64,000 bases of DNA from a bacterium (GTDB lineage Bacteria; Pseudomonadota; Gammaproteobacteria; GCA-002705445; GCA-002716945): assembly GCA_029979505.1 (NCBI GenBank), contig JAPOHH010000001.1:55034-119033 (forward strand), in the 5' to 3' direction. Of this stretch, positions 39,861-49,168 are shown one piece after another. Both the position numbers and the translations under genes were made by a program. The notes under the pieces are model-generated. The model was not told where the DNA came from. It made no database searches and worked only from the letters and a program-made list of their open reading frames with translations. Positions within the stretch are counted from its first letter, which is position 1, and each line of letters opens with the position of its first letter.

Positions 39861-41015
39861 ATGCAGAAAACTGATAACAATATTGTCAATTTATTTGAAA
39901 AATCAAATCCAGGATTTCATAAATTTAAGATTGCAGAATCTATGAATTTGAAAAGGGGAGGAAGTCTTTCGAATGTTGTTTTAGCATACGAGACATGGGG
40001 TAGACTGTCTAAAACTAAAGATAATGTTATAGTTATCGTTACATGCCTTAGTGCAAGTTCACATGTAGCATCAAGCTCCTCTAATCCTGCTCCGGGATGG
40101 TGGGAAGGTATGGTCGGCAATAATAAAGCCTTTGATACAGAGAAATACTATATTATCTGTATAAATTCACTAGGAAGTTGCTTTGGCTCAACGGGACCTG
40201 CATCTGTAAATGAACTTACTGGTGAACCGTACAGGCTAACTTTTCCTGAATTAACAATTGATGACATGGCGCAAGCAACAAAATTGTTACTCGATAAATT
40301 GCAGATTGATAAAGTTCATACCCTTGTAGGACCTTCTATGGGTGGCATGCATGCATTAGCACTTCTTGTGCAGAGTAGTAACTTAGTTACAAACTTAATC
40401 GCAATATCGACAGCAAGACAATCTTTGCCATATTCGATAGCAATTAGATCTCTTCAAAGAGAGGTTATAAGAAAGGATCCACTATGGAAAAATGGATATT
40501 ATTCACATGAAAATCCTCCACTAAATGGTGTAAGAATAGCTAGAAAACTAGGCATGTTATCATATAGATCTGCAGATGAGTGGGCTCAACGATTTGGAAG
40601 AAAGAAATCTTCTAAAACAGAGATTACTCAAAATACATTTGGTATAGAAAATACTGGCTTTGAATTTGAAATTGAATCTTACTTGGAACATCTAGCTATA
40701 AAGTTTCAAGATGTATTTGATGCTAATTCATACTTGTATTTATCTAGAGCGATAGACTGGTTTGACTTAATTGAATATGGCTCTTCGCCTGATAAAGTTT
40801 TAGGAAATACAAGTCTTAATAACGCATTAGTATTAGGCGTAAAAACTGATACATTATTTCCCATTAATCAACAAAAAGAACTTGCAGAATGTTTGTCAAA
40901 TGGGCCTACCAAAGTAATTTATAAAAGTTTAGATTGTATTCAAGGTCATGATTCTTTCCTTGTTGATATTGAAACATTTACAAAAGAAATAAAATGTTTT
41001 CTAGAAAATATTTAA
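39861..41015 (+). CDS. metX: Homoserine O-acyltransferase (MetX family alpha/beta hydrolase)
   Basis: Nucleophile elbow GPSMGGMHA within an alpha/beta-hydrolase MetX-like sequence. Confidence 0.85.
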   Translation: MQKTDNNIVNLFEKSNPGFHKFKIAESMNLKRGGSLSNVVLAYETWGRLSKTKDNVIVIVTCLSASSHVASSSSNPAPGWWEGMVGNNKAFDTEKYYIICINSLGSCFGSTGPASVNELTGEPYRLTFPELTIDDMAQATKLLLDKLQIDKVHTLVGPSMGGMHALALLVQSSNLVTNLIAISTARQSLPYSIAIRSLQREVIRKDPLWKNGYYSHENPPLNGVRIARKLGMLSYRSADEWAQRFGRKKSSKTEITQNTFGIENTGFEFEIESYLEHLAIKFQDVFDANSYLYLSRAIDWFDLIEYGSSPDKVLGNTSLNNALVLGVKTDTLFPINQQKELAECLSNGPTKVIYKSLDCIQGHDSFLVDIETFTKEIKCFLENI

Positions 41016-41470
41016 TTTTCTTACTTTTCATAATTGTAAATCCTGTATTTGCTGAACAATATACTGCTAATGTAATAAAAGTAATCGATGGCGACACAAT
41101 TTGGGTTAAAAAAGATAACAAACATATCAAAATAAGATTAAGCTATATAGATGCACCTGAACTAAAACAAAATTTTGGCATACGAAGTAGAGATTTTTTA
41201 TCTACTCTTATTCTTAATAAAAATGTCGAAGTAAATACAAATAAAAAAGATCGATACAATAGACATCTTGGTGAAATTTATATTCATAGTGCTAAGGAAT
41301 CAATATTTGTAAATGCAAAAATGATAAAAAGTGGTAACGCATGGATATATAAAACATATAAAAAAAATCCTTATCTGAATAATCTTGAGAACTATGCTAG
41401 AGTAAACAAAAAAGGCTTATGGAATGAAGAAAAAATTATAGAGCCTTGGAAATTTCGGAGAAAACAGTGA
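40994..41470 (+). CDS. Secreted thermonuclease (SNase/micrococcal nuclease family)
   Basis: Signal peptide followed by the SNase core VIDGDTIWV...IRLSYIDAPE. Confidence 0.8.
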   Translation: MFSRKYLIFLLFIIVNPVFAEQYTANVIKVIDGDTIWVKKDNKHIKIRLSYIDAPELKQNFGIRSRDFLSTLILNKNVEVNTNKKDRYNRHLGEIYIHSAKESIFVNAKMIKSGNAWIYKTYKKNPYLNNLENYARVNKKGLWNEEKIIEPWKFRRKQ

Positions 41471-42042
41471 TTAATATAAAAAATTTATTAACTATATTTA
41501 TTTTATCAATTTCATCAATTGCTCTAGCCGGCGAACCTCAAGTAAATCATAAAGAATCAAAATATTTTATTGGAATTGGGACAGGAGATGGAGGTGGTGC
41601 TCATGGCGGTAGTTTTAATGCATATAGAATTTCATATCAAAGTTTTCTTTCAAAGAATCATAAATATGGTTTTGATTACTTATCGGATGTAGGTTTAAAT
41701 TTTTGGAAGGATGATTCTAGGCTTAGTGCTTCAGATAAATCTACTGCTACTTCAAGCTTAGATTCTTCCAATTTCTCAATATCATATTCAAGAATCATCA
41801 GGAAATATTTAAATCAAAATACTTTCTTTGATATAGGAGTAGGGCTATCCATTCATAATAATGACTCAATGGGTGGTTCTGACCTAGGATCATATTATCA
41901 ATTTGAAAATAGGTTAGGTGTTGGGTATGAGCGAGGCACTTATCGTTCTGTCTTCAACTTATTCCATTATTCAAATGGCGGTTTAGAAGGTAAAAATGAT
42001 GGAGTGGATATCCTGATGTTATCTATTTCTAAGTATTTTTAA
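41467..42042 (+). CDS. PagL-like lipid A deacylase / acyloxyacyl-hydrolase family outer-membrane protein (putative)
   Basis: Signal peptide from the GTG at 41467 (in frame with the longer track ORF). About 190 aa with a C-terminal aromatic residue (KYF). Motif FHYSNGG resembles the PagL His-x-Ser-Asn active-site motif as I recall it. Confidence 0.45.
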   Translation: MINIKNLLTIFILSISSIALAGEPQVNHKESKYFIGIGTGDGGGAHGGSFNAYRISYQSFLSKNHKYGFDYLSDVGLNFWKDDSRLSASDKSTATSSLDSSNFSISYSRIIRKYLNQNTFFDIGVGLSIHNNDSMGGSDLGSYYQFENRLGVGYERGTYRSVFNLFHYSNGGLEGKNDGVDILMLSISKYF

Positions 42043-42169
42043 TCTTATTTTTTTTACATTTTTTAGAACAATATAGAACATTGTCCCAATCTTTTTGCCA
42101 TTTTTTTCTCCAGCTAAATGGCAATTTACATACGGGACATATTTTTTCTGGAAGATTATTCTTTTTCAT
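42029..42169 (-). CDS. DUF2256 zinc-ribbon micro-protein (46 aa), not in supplied ORF track
   Basis: Minus-strand translation [46 protein letters not shown] matches the DUF2256 pattern C-x2-C...F-W-R-K-K-W...W-D...Y-C-S. The ATG overlaps the stop region of the upstream DUF393 gene, consistent with translational coupling. Confidence 0.6.
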   Translation of the reverse strand: MKKNNLPEKICPVCKLPFSWRKKWQKDWDNVLYCSKKCKKNKIKNT

Positions 42170-42509
42170 CTAGTTGATGTTTATTTTTATAGAATAAAAA
42201 AAGTGCTATCACTTCATAAAAGATAACACTTACTTGATATATTATTGGAGTAGAGATTATATGGGCAATCCATCTATATTTTGGAATGTTTTCCCACATT
42301 ATAATGAATGCACTTACTCCAGAATAAACTTTTTCATCTTTTATCACGTGTAATCGTCTAAGCAGCTCTCTATGACTTCTACCTGATAATTTAGTAGATA
42401 TTTCTAAGTCATTGATATCTAACCAATTAATATTATTTTCTAAAGATTTATAATGATTTATTTCCTTTGAGCATATTGGGCAACTATCATTAAATAATAC
42501 TTTAATCAT
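42156..42509 (-). CDS. Thiol-disulfide oxidoreductase DCC family (DUF393)
   Basis: N-terminal FNDSCPICS (CxxC) and size of about 117 aa; overlaps the upstream cryptochrome-like gene by 8 nt. Confidence 0.55.
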   Translation of the reverse strand: MIKVLFNDSCPICSKEINHYKSLENNINWLDINDLEISTKLSGRSHRELLRRLHVIKDEKVYSGVSAFIIMWENIPKYRWIAHIISTPIIYQVSVIFYEVIALFLFYKNKHQLDEKE

Positions 42510-43980
42510 AAGTATTCTCTGCTAAAAATTCATTTGCTTTAGATAGAATAGTATCTTTTCTATCTTTTCTCATTTTATCAAATAAGTTAACCATCATATT
42601 TAATCGTGGATTTTTCTTAAAAAAAAGTCGGTTTTTGTCAATAAATCTCCAATATAATCCATCAAATGTATCGCACCAAGTACCTTTTTTAAAATCCATC
42701 ATTTTTAATATATAGTTAGATCCACAAATATAAGGCTTAGTAGCCATAATTCCACCATCAGCAAAAAGGCCCATACTGTAGACATTTGGAGTCATTACCC
42801 AGTCTGATGAATCTATATACAACTCCATAAACCATTTATAAGCATTTTTTGGCTCTATTTCACATAAATTCATTAGGTTGACTTGAATCATGAGTCTTTC
42901 AATATGGTGAGAATATGCATGTCTAATCGTACTTTTTATGCTTATATCTAATGGATCCAGACCTGTATCACCTGTGTACCAGGACTCCTTTAATGTCCTT
43001 TTGTGGTTAAAGAAATTTCTTTTCTCTATCTCATCACCTTCATGGTGATATATGCATCTCATAAATTCACGCCAACCAATAATTTGTCTTACAAATCCTT
43101 CATATGAATTAATAGGAATATTTTTTATACTTTTGATATTCTTGAGTATTTCATATGGAGTAATCAAGCCAATATTGAGAGATGAACTTAAGTTGGAGTG
43201 GAACCAAAGATGTGATCTTTGGTCAACAGAATCCTCGAAATCACCAAAGTTTTTGAATTTACTCTTTATAAAGTAGTCTAAGTTTTGTAATGCTTGTTTA
43301 CGTGTAGTGGGATAATTAAAGTCTTTTTCATTACCATAGTGATCTTTAAACTCATCAGAGACCAACTTTAAAATATCTTTAGTATTTTGTGTGTGTTTAA
43401 AGATAGGCGAAGAGGGTGGTTCTAAATTTTTTGGTATTTTTTTTCTATTTTCACTATCATATGTCCATTTTCCACCAATCGGCTTACCATCTTTTAATAA
43501 TATATTTAACTTTTTTCTCTGATTTATATAAAAATCGGTCATCTTATACTTTGGTGCTTTTCTGGATGGACACATATCGAAAAACTCCTCTTTTTTTGTA
43601 AGAAACATAGGAGACTGATACTCTTTTAACTCTTCGATATATTTTTTGACTTTTCTAATATTGCTGTAAAACCATTTATCCTCTATTTCCCAAATACTTA
43701 TCTTTCTTATGTCATTTTCCTTAATATATTTAATCAAGGAATCTTCGTAAGTGTATGAATCATATCCTAATTCTTGATATTCTATATCTATTTTATTTTT
43801 TTTAAGTTCATCCCTATAAGATCTCATTGCAGATAAAAATAAAATTATTTTATGTTTATGGTGTCTCTCATAAGTGCATAGACCCATATCTTCCCGCATA
43901 AAAACTTTTGTAGGTTGTATCTTCTTGATTTGATCTATAGGAAATAGTTGATTCCCAAGCACTATATGTAAATCTGTCAT
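42502..43980 (-). CDS. Photolyase-related protein of the FeS-BCP/CryPro family (PhrB/CryB-like (6-4) photolyase lineage), apparently lacking the Fe-S cysteine ligands
   Basis: Motifs HHKHKIILFLSAMR, GGKWTYDSENR, EGFVRQIIGWREFMRCIY, SHHIERLMI and ADGGIMATKPY parallel Agrobacterium PhrB as I recall it. The C-terminal region has only one Cys where the C-x2-C-x12-C cluster is expected. Confidence 0.8.
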   Translation of the reverse strand: MTDLHIVLGNQLFPIDQIKKIQPTKVFMREDMGLCTYERHHKHKIILFLSAMRSYRDELKKNKIDIEYQELGYDSYTYEDSLIKYIKENDIRKISIWEIEDKWFYSNIRKVKKYIEELKEYQSPMFLTKKEEFFDMCPSRKAPKYKMTDFYINQRKKLNILLKDGKPIGGKWTYDSENRKKIPKNLEPPSSPIFKHTQNTKDILKLVSDEFKDHYGNEKDFNYPTTRKQALQNLDYFIKSKFKNFGDFEDSVDQRSHLWFHSNLSSSLNIGLITPYEILKNIKSIKNIPINSYEGFVRQIIGWREFMRCIYHHEGDEIEKRNFFNHKRTLKESWYTGDTGLDPLDISIKSTIRHAYSHHIERLMIQVNLMNLCEIEPKNAYKWFMELYIDSSDWVMTPNVYSMGLFADGGIMATKPYICGSNYILKMMDFKKGTWCDTFDGLYWRFIDKNRLFFKKNPRLNMMVNLFDKMRKDRKDTILSKANEFLAENTYD

Positions 43981-44071
43981 ATCACGGATATCCTTATCAA
44001 TAATAGAAGGATAGGTTATATATTATAATATTTCTAGATATATATATGTTCGTATAATATATATTATGTAA

Positions 44072-44866
44072 TTAATCTATATAAAAAACATTAGAATTCA
44101 TTATTTTATAAGATTTAATCAATGAGGCTGCATTGTCTGATGAAAGCCAATTAAAGAGTTTCTCTGCAGGAGCAAATTCTAAATTATTACATCTGTTATG
44201 ATTGACAAGAATCATTCCATAACTATTTTTAAGTTCAGTTGGATTTTCATACAAAATGGTATGATTAGATTTATTATTAAAACGCAACCAAGAAGATCTA
44301 TCAGTGAAAATATACCCGTCTAGTGATATAGCTATATTAAGGGACTGTCCCATACCTTGACCAGTCTCAAGGTACCAATCTCCGCTATGTATACCAGGTT
44401 TCAGCGATACATTCTTCCAAATGTCCATTTCAGCTGAATGAGTACCACTAGAATCGGATCGTGATATGAATTTATGCTGGTATTTGTAGATTTTTGAAAA
44501 AGCTTCGTGTATTGATTCAGAAGTTGATACTTCCGCCTTATCCATTTTAGGCCCAACTAGTATAAAATCATTATACATTAATTCGTGCCTTTTAAGTCCA
44601 AAACCATTATCCATAAACATTTTTTCACGTTTTTGATCATGTACAATTAGTATATTTCCATCACAATTTCTTGCATTCATAATTGCTTGACCAGTTCCTA
44701 CAGCAATAACTTTAATTTTAACGGTATTAAAGTCTGGATAAAATGGTAATAAGTATTTATATAAACCAGAGTCTCTTGTTGAGGTAGTTGATTGAATGAT
44801 TAACGTATCGCTAAAAACAATTTGGTAAGAAAATAAAAGTATGAAGGTAAATAATTTTTTAAACAT
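44072..44866 (-). CDS. tupA: Tungstate ABC transporter substrate-binding protein (TupA type)
   Basis: Signal peptide; anion-binding motif STTSTRDSGL and VIAVGTGQA...ILIVHD...MYNDFILVGP, matching TupA-type binding proteins as I recall them. Confidence 0.65.
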   Translation of the reverse strand: MFKKLFTFILLFSYQIVFSDTLIIQSTTSTRDSGLYKYLLPFYPDFNTVKIKVIAVGTGQAIMNARNCDGNILIVHDQKREKMFMDNGFGLKRHELMYNDFILVGPKMDKAEVSTSESIHEAFSKIYKYQHKFISRSDSSGTHSAEMDIWKNVSLKPGIHSGDWYLETGQGMGQSLNIAISLDGYIFTDRSSWLRFNNKSNHTILYENPTELKNSYGMILVNHNRCNNLEFAPAEKLFNWLSSDNAASLIKSYKIMNSNVFYID

Positions 44867-45485
44867 TTAAAATTCTTCCTTTTTCCATTATCAACTCTTG
44901 ATGGTTTAAATTCTTAAGGAGTAACTCATCGTGACTTACCATAATTATGGTACTACCCTCTTTTAAATATTTATTAAGTATATTTGATATTAGTTTTACA
45001 TTTTTAGTGTCAAGATTATTTGTTGGCTCATCATAAAATAAAATATTAGGCGTTACCAAAGAGCTTCTTAATAAAGATACTAATTGTAATTCCCCACCAG
45101 ATAATAATCTAATATCAATATCTAAAAAATCGTTCAATATAAATTCATTTACTTTTTTTTCTATAATTGAGTTCCACTTAGATTTGCATATATCTTTACA
45201 GTATAGAGCGTGGCGAAGGTTTTCTCTAACGGTTCTATTTAGAAAGATTGGATTTTGAAAAATATAGGCTATTTCTATATTATTTTGATCAAAATTACGA
45301 ATGATTTTTCCTGATGATGGTTGTATTAAACCAAAAACTAATTTTAATAAAGTTGTTTTCCCAGCTCCATTAGGTCCTTTTATTACAGAGATACAGCCAC
45401 GTTTAATATCACAAGAAATATTCGTAATTATTTCATTGCTATCAAGTCTATATGATAAATTATTTATACTATATATATTCTTCAT
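44859..45485 (-). CDS. ABC transporter ATP-binding protein (tungstate transporter ATPase component)
   Basis: Walker A GPNGAGKTT, ABC signature LSGGELQ, Walker B LFYDEPT. Confidence 0.8.
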   Translation of the reverse strand: MKNIYSINNLSYRLDSNEIITNISCDIKRGCISVIKGPNGAGKTTLLKLVFGLIQPSSGKIIRNFDQNNIEIAYIFQNPIFLNRTVRENLRHALYCKDICKSKWNSIIEKKVNEFILNDFLDIDIRLLSGGELQLVSLLRSSLVTPNILFYDEPTNNLDTKNVKLISNILNKYLKEGSTIIMVSHDELLLKNLNHQELIMEKGRILNV

Positions 45486-46162
45486 AAGAATTTTTTTTTC
45501 AAAATTAAAATTAAAACATTCATAACTAATGCAATTAATATTAATGATATTCCTAAGCTTAGTGCTAAGGATAATTCACCCCTAGATGTTTCCAATACAA
45601 TACTTGTAGTCATAACTCTAGTAAGGTTATCAATATTTCCTCCTACAATAATTACTGCACCAACCTCAGATAATGCCCTACTTAGACCTGTAATAAATGC
45701 AATAACTACATCATATCTTGTCTCATATATAATTGTATTTCTCGTTTTATATTTAGTGGTATTTAATGATGATAATAACTCACTTAAATACATATACTTA
45801 TCTGTAAAACATTTAAGCAACAAAGACATAATAATTGGAGTGACAATGATAAATTGAGCTAATATCATAATCGCTGGAGAGTATAAAATATCCATAAATC
45901 CAAGAATTCCCGATGCAGAAAAAATAATATATAAAACTAGACCTACGACAACGGGAGGAAGGCTCATAAGTGAATTGATAATAATAGTTATCATTTCTTT
46001 ACCAATAAAGTTAGTCGTAGAAATATAACTAGCAATAATTATCGATAGTATTCCAGACAATAATGTCGCAAATATAGATACATATAGAGACAAAACAACT
46101 ATTTCAAGATAGCTTTGATTAAGCTCAAAAATATTTTTAAATGATTCGAGTAAAAGTTCCAC
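45482..46162 (-). CDS. ABC transporter permease (TupB-like, BPD_transp_1)
   Basis: Six-TM protein with EAA-like loop LSRALSEVGAVIIVGGN. Confidence 0.75.
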   Translation of the reverse strand: MELLLESFKNIFELNQSYLEIVVLSLYVSIFATLLSGILSIIIASYISTTNFIGKEMITIIINSLMSLPPVVVGLVLYIIFSASGILGFMDILYSPAIMILAQFIIVTPIIMSLLLKCFTDKYMYLSELLSSLNTTKYKTRNTIIYETRYDVVIAFITGLSRALSEVGAVIIVGGNIDNLTRVMTTSIVLETSRGELSLALSLGISLILIALVMNVLILILKKKFL

Positions 46163-46227
46163 AGAGAACTATATTACTACATTTATTTGACAGCTTATAG
46201 ATTGATAAAATAATATCAATTTGATTA

Positions 46228-47901
46228 TTAGAATAACCCTATAATATTACCATCTTCATCAATATCTATTCTTTCCGCTGCAGGTACTTTTGGCAAGCCT
46301 GGCATCGTCATAATATCTCCACAGACCATTACAATGAATTCTGCGCCTGCTGATAGTCTGACTTCTCTAATTGGAATTTCATGATTAGATGGAGCACCGC
46401 GTAGTGATGGATCTGTTGAAAATGAGTATTGAGTCTTAGCTACACATACTGGAAAACTTCCATAACCATTTACTTGCAACTCATCAATTTGTTTTTTCAC
46501 ATTGGCAGGAGCAGATATTGATGATGCCCCGTATATTTTTTTGGCTATTGTCTCCATTTTATCCCATAGACTCATTTCGTCTGGGTACAAATAGTTAAAG
46601 TTATTTTCAGAATTATCAATTGTATTTACAACTGTCTCTGCAAGCTCTTTTGCGCCTGCACCACCATCTGCCCAATGTGTTGATGATACTATTGGAACAT
46701 TTAATTCATCTGATTTTGCTTTCAATAAATCTTTTTCTTTTTCAGTATCAAAACTAAATCCGTTTATACCTACTACCACCGGCAAGCCATAATGATTCTT
46801 TAGATTATTGACATGCCTTTCTAAATTAGTTAAACCTTTTGATAAATAGTCTGTACTCTCTTTATTTAAATCTTCTAAAGAACAACCACCATGATATTTA
46901 AGAGCTCGAATCGTAGCTACTAGGACAACAACAGAAGGTTTTAAATTCGCTTTCCTACATTTGATATCTAAAAATTTTTCAGCACCTAAATCTGCACCAA
47001 AACCAGCTTCAGTAACTACATAATCTGCAAGTTTAAGAGATGCCTTTGTAGCTATTACAGAATTACAACCATGTGCAATATTTGCAAATGGCCCACCATG
47101 AATCATAGCTGGATTATTTTCTAAAGTCTGAACGAGATTTGGCTTCATAGCATCCTTTAAAAGTACCGTCATTGCGCCGTGAGCATTAATATCTTTGGCA
47201 AGAATTGGTTTACGATCTCGAGTATAAGCTACAACTATTTTTCCAAGTCTTTCTTTAAGGTCCGTAATTGATGTAGCCAAGCAAAATATAGCCATAATTT
47301 CTGAAGCTACCACAATATCAAATCCGTCTTGTCGTGGGAAACCATTACCAACAGAACCCAAAGAACAAACTGTACTCCTTAAAGCTCTATCATTCATGTC
47401 TAGAACTCTTTTCCAAGCAACTCTTCTTACGTCAATTTCTAATTTATTACCATGATGTATGTGATTATCCAGCATCGCTGCTAATAGATTATTAGCTAAT
47501 TGTATAGCGTTAAAATCACCTGTGAAATGAAGATTTATATCTTCCATTGGGATTACTTGCGCCATACCTCCTCCTGCTGCACCACCTTTCATACCAAAAA
47601 CTGGGCCTAATGATGGTTCTCTAATTGTTACCAATGCTTTTTTACCGATTTTATTAAGAGCATCTCCTAATCCAACTGATGTTGTAGTTTTGCCCTCACC
47701 TGCTGGTGTTGGACTAATCGCAGTAACAAGTATCAGTTTACCATCCGGCTTTGATTCTAAAGAGTTAAGATAATCCAGTGAAATTTTTGCCTTATAATGG
47801 CCAAATGGCTCTAGTGAATCTTCGGGTATGTCGAGTTTACCTGCAATTTTTGATATTTTTTCTAGCTTTGCGGCTTGTGCGATTTCTATATCCGACTTCA
47901 T
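46228..47901 (-). CDS. fhs: Formate--tetrahydrofolate ligase
   Basis: P-loop [15 protein letters not shown]; overall conserved FTHFS sequence. Confidence 0.95.
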   Translation of the reverse strand: MKSDIEIAQAAKLEKISKIAGKLDIPEDSLEPFGHYKAKISLDYLNSLESKPDGKLILVTAISPTPAGEGKTTTSVGLGDALNKIGKKALVTIREPSLGPVFGMKGGAAGGGMAQVIPMEDINLHFTGDFNAIQLANNLLAAMLDNHIHHGNKLEIDVRRVAWKRVLDMNDRALRSTVCSLGSVGNGFPRQDGFDIVVASEIMAIFCLATSITDLKERLGKIVVAYTRDRKPILAKDINAHGAMTVLLKDAMKPNLVQTLENNPAMIHGGPFANIAHGCNSVIATKASLKLADYVVTEAGFGADLGAEKFLDIKCRKANLKPSVVVLVATIRALKYHGGCSLEDLNKESTDYLSKGLTNLERHVNNLKNHYGLPVVVGINGFSFDTEKEKDLLKAKSDELNVPIVSSTHWADGGAGAKELAETVVNTIDNSENNFNYLYPDEMSLWDKMETIAKKIYGASSISAPANVKKQIDELQVNGYGSFPVCVAKTQYSFSTDPSLRGAPSNHEIPIREVRLSAGAEFIVMVCGDIMTMPGLPKVPAAERIDIDEDGNIIGLF

Positions 47902-47951
47902 TTTATACCCCTTAAATCAATTTATTACAAAGATTATGGTAATATAAATTA

Positions 47952-49133
47952 CTATATTTTTCTATCATTTAATTGAGACATAAATATATATGTCATGAAA
48001 ACTAAAAATATAATCGCCTGGTGATGAGCAAATAGAGATTGAGTCATCATATAGCCAAAGCCTGAAATAACTGTTATCACTCCTAAATGTGCAAACACAG
48101 TTTTATTTCTAAGAAAAATTACAAGAATATATATAAATACTAACAAGAAAGAGGAAAATACAAACACTCCATATTTAACAAAAATATCCAGATATTCATT
48201 ATGTGCATGATCATGATTGGTAATGTTAATTTTATCTCTCGCAATTTTATTAGTAATTTCTTTTTTAAAATTTTGTGCTCCAATACCTAGATACATATAT
48301 TTTTCAATTTGATTAAGTGAGAATTTAAAATAATATAATCTTTCATTTTCTGATACATTATCATCCGTAGAATTTTCAATATTATTAAAATCAATAGTTC
48401 TTACAGATTCAAACAAAAGGTAAATACGGTCCGATATTGGTGTGGTAGTAATAAGAGCTGAGCTAATAATTAATATAGAAAATATAAATATCTTACTTTT
48501 TTTATTAAAAAGTATTATGAAAGGTAAGCAGAAAAATAAACCTACTAACGCCCCTCTTGTTCCAGTATAAAATACTAAGTACAAAGAAAGTAAAACAAAA
48601 AAAGTTAAAAGTATCTTATGTAAATATCTTTTTTGATAATTATAAATCACCAAAAGGTATAGAGCCAATGTCATCAACATATTCCCATATGTTAAGACTA
48701 CACTTGAGGATCCGGCAAACCGTAAATCTAAGTTACCTGTAAAGACATGCGCTATAAACAACGCAGAACCAAGTAGAACAGATAAATAGATTGCATATTT
48801 TAAGTCATCAAGAGTTATCTTAAATTGTTTCATTAAGAGGTATATTGGAAACAATAAGAGAGGACGAGTATAATTATCAATTTCATGGAGAGGTGTACTA
48901 TGAATTATCGAGCTAATAATGATAAATGATGTAAATAGAAGTAAGAATGATAGTAAGTATTTATCACTATCATATAAGGTATACTTACCTCTTAGTAAAT
49001 AAAATATACTAATCAGTAGAAGTAATATAAGCAAGAAATTAGCTATTTCTCTTACAAAAAATGTAGCCGGAATAAATGATAAGATTAATAATTTTAAGAC
49101 ATTCGAATAAGTTAATGATGGAATTTTATTCAT
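47952..49133 (-). CDS. O-antigen ligase/polymerase family membrane protein (Wzy_C-like)
   Basis: Polytopic membrane protein with FYTGTRGALVG in a periplasmic loop, typical of the O-antigen ligase family. Confidence 0.5.
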   Translation of the reverse strand: MNKIPSLTYSNVLKLLILSFIPATFFVREIANFLLILLLLISIFYLLRGKYTLYDSDKYLLSFLLLFTSFIIISSIIHSTPLHEIDNYTRPLLLFPIYLLMKQFKITLDDLKYAIYLSVLLGSALFIAHVFTGNLDLRFAGSSSVVLTYGNMLMTLALYLLVIYNYQKRYLHKILLTFFVLLSLYLVFYTGTRGALVGLFFCLPFIILFNKKSKIFIFSILIISSALITTTPISDRIYLLFESVRTIDFNNIENSTDDNVSENERLYYFKFSLNQIEKYMYLGIGAQNFKKEITNKIARDKINITNHDHAHNEYLDIFVKYGVFVFSSFLLVFIYILVIFLRNKTVFAHLGVITVISGFGYMMTQSLFAHHQAIIFLVFMTYIFMSQLNDRKI

Positions 49134-49168
49134 TTTCTAATTATATACTATAATATTAAATTGATTTT

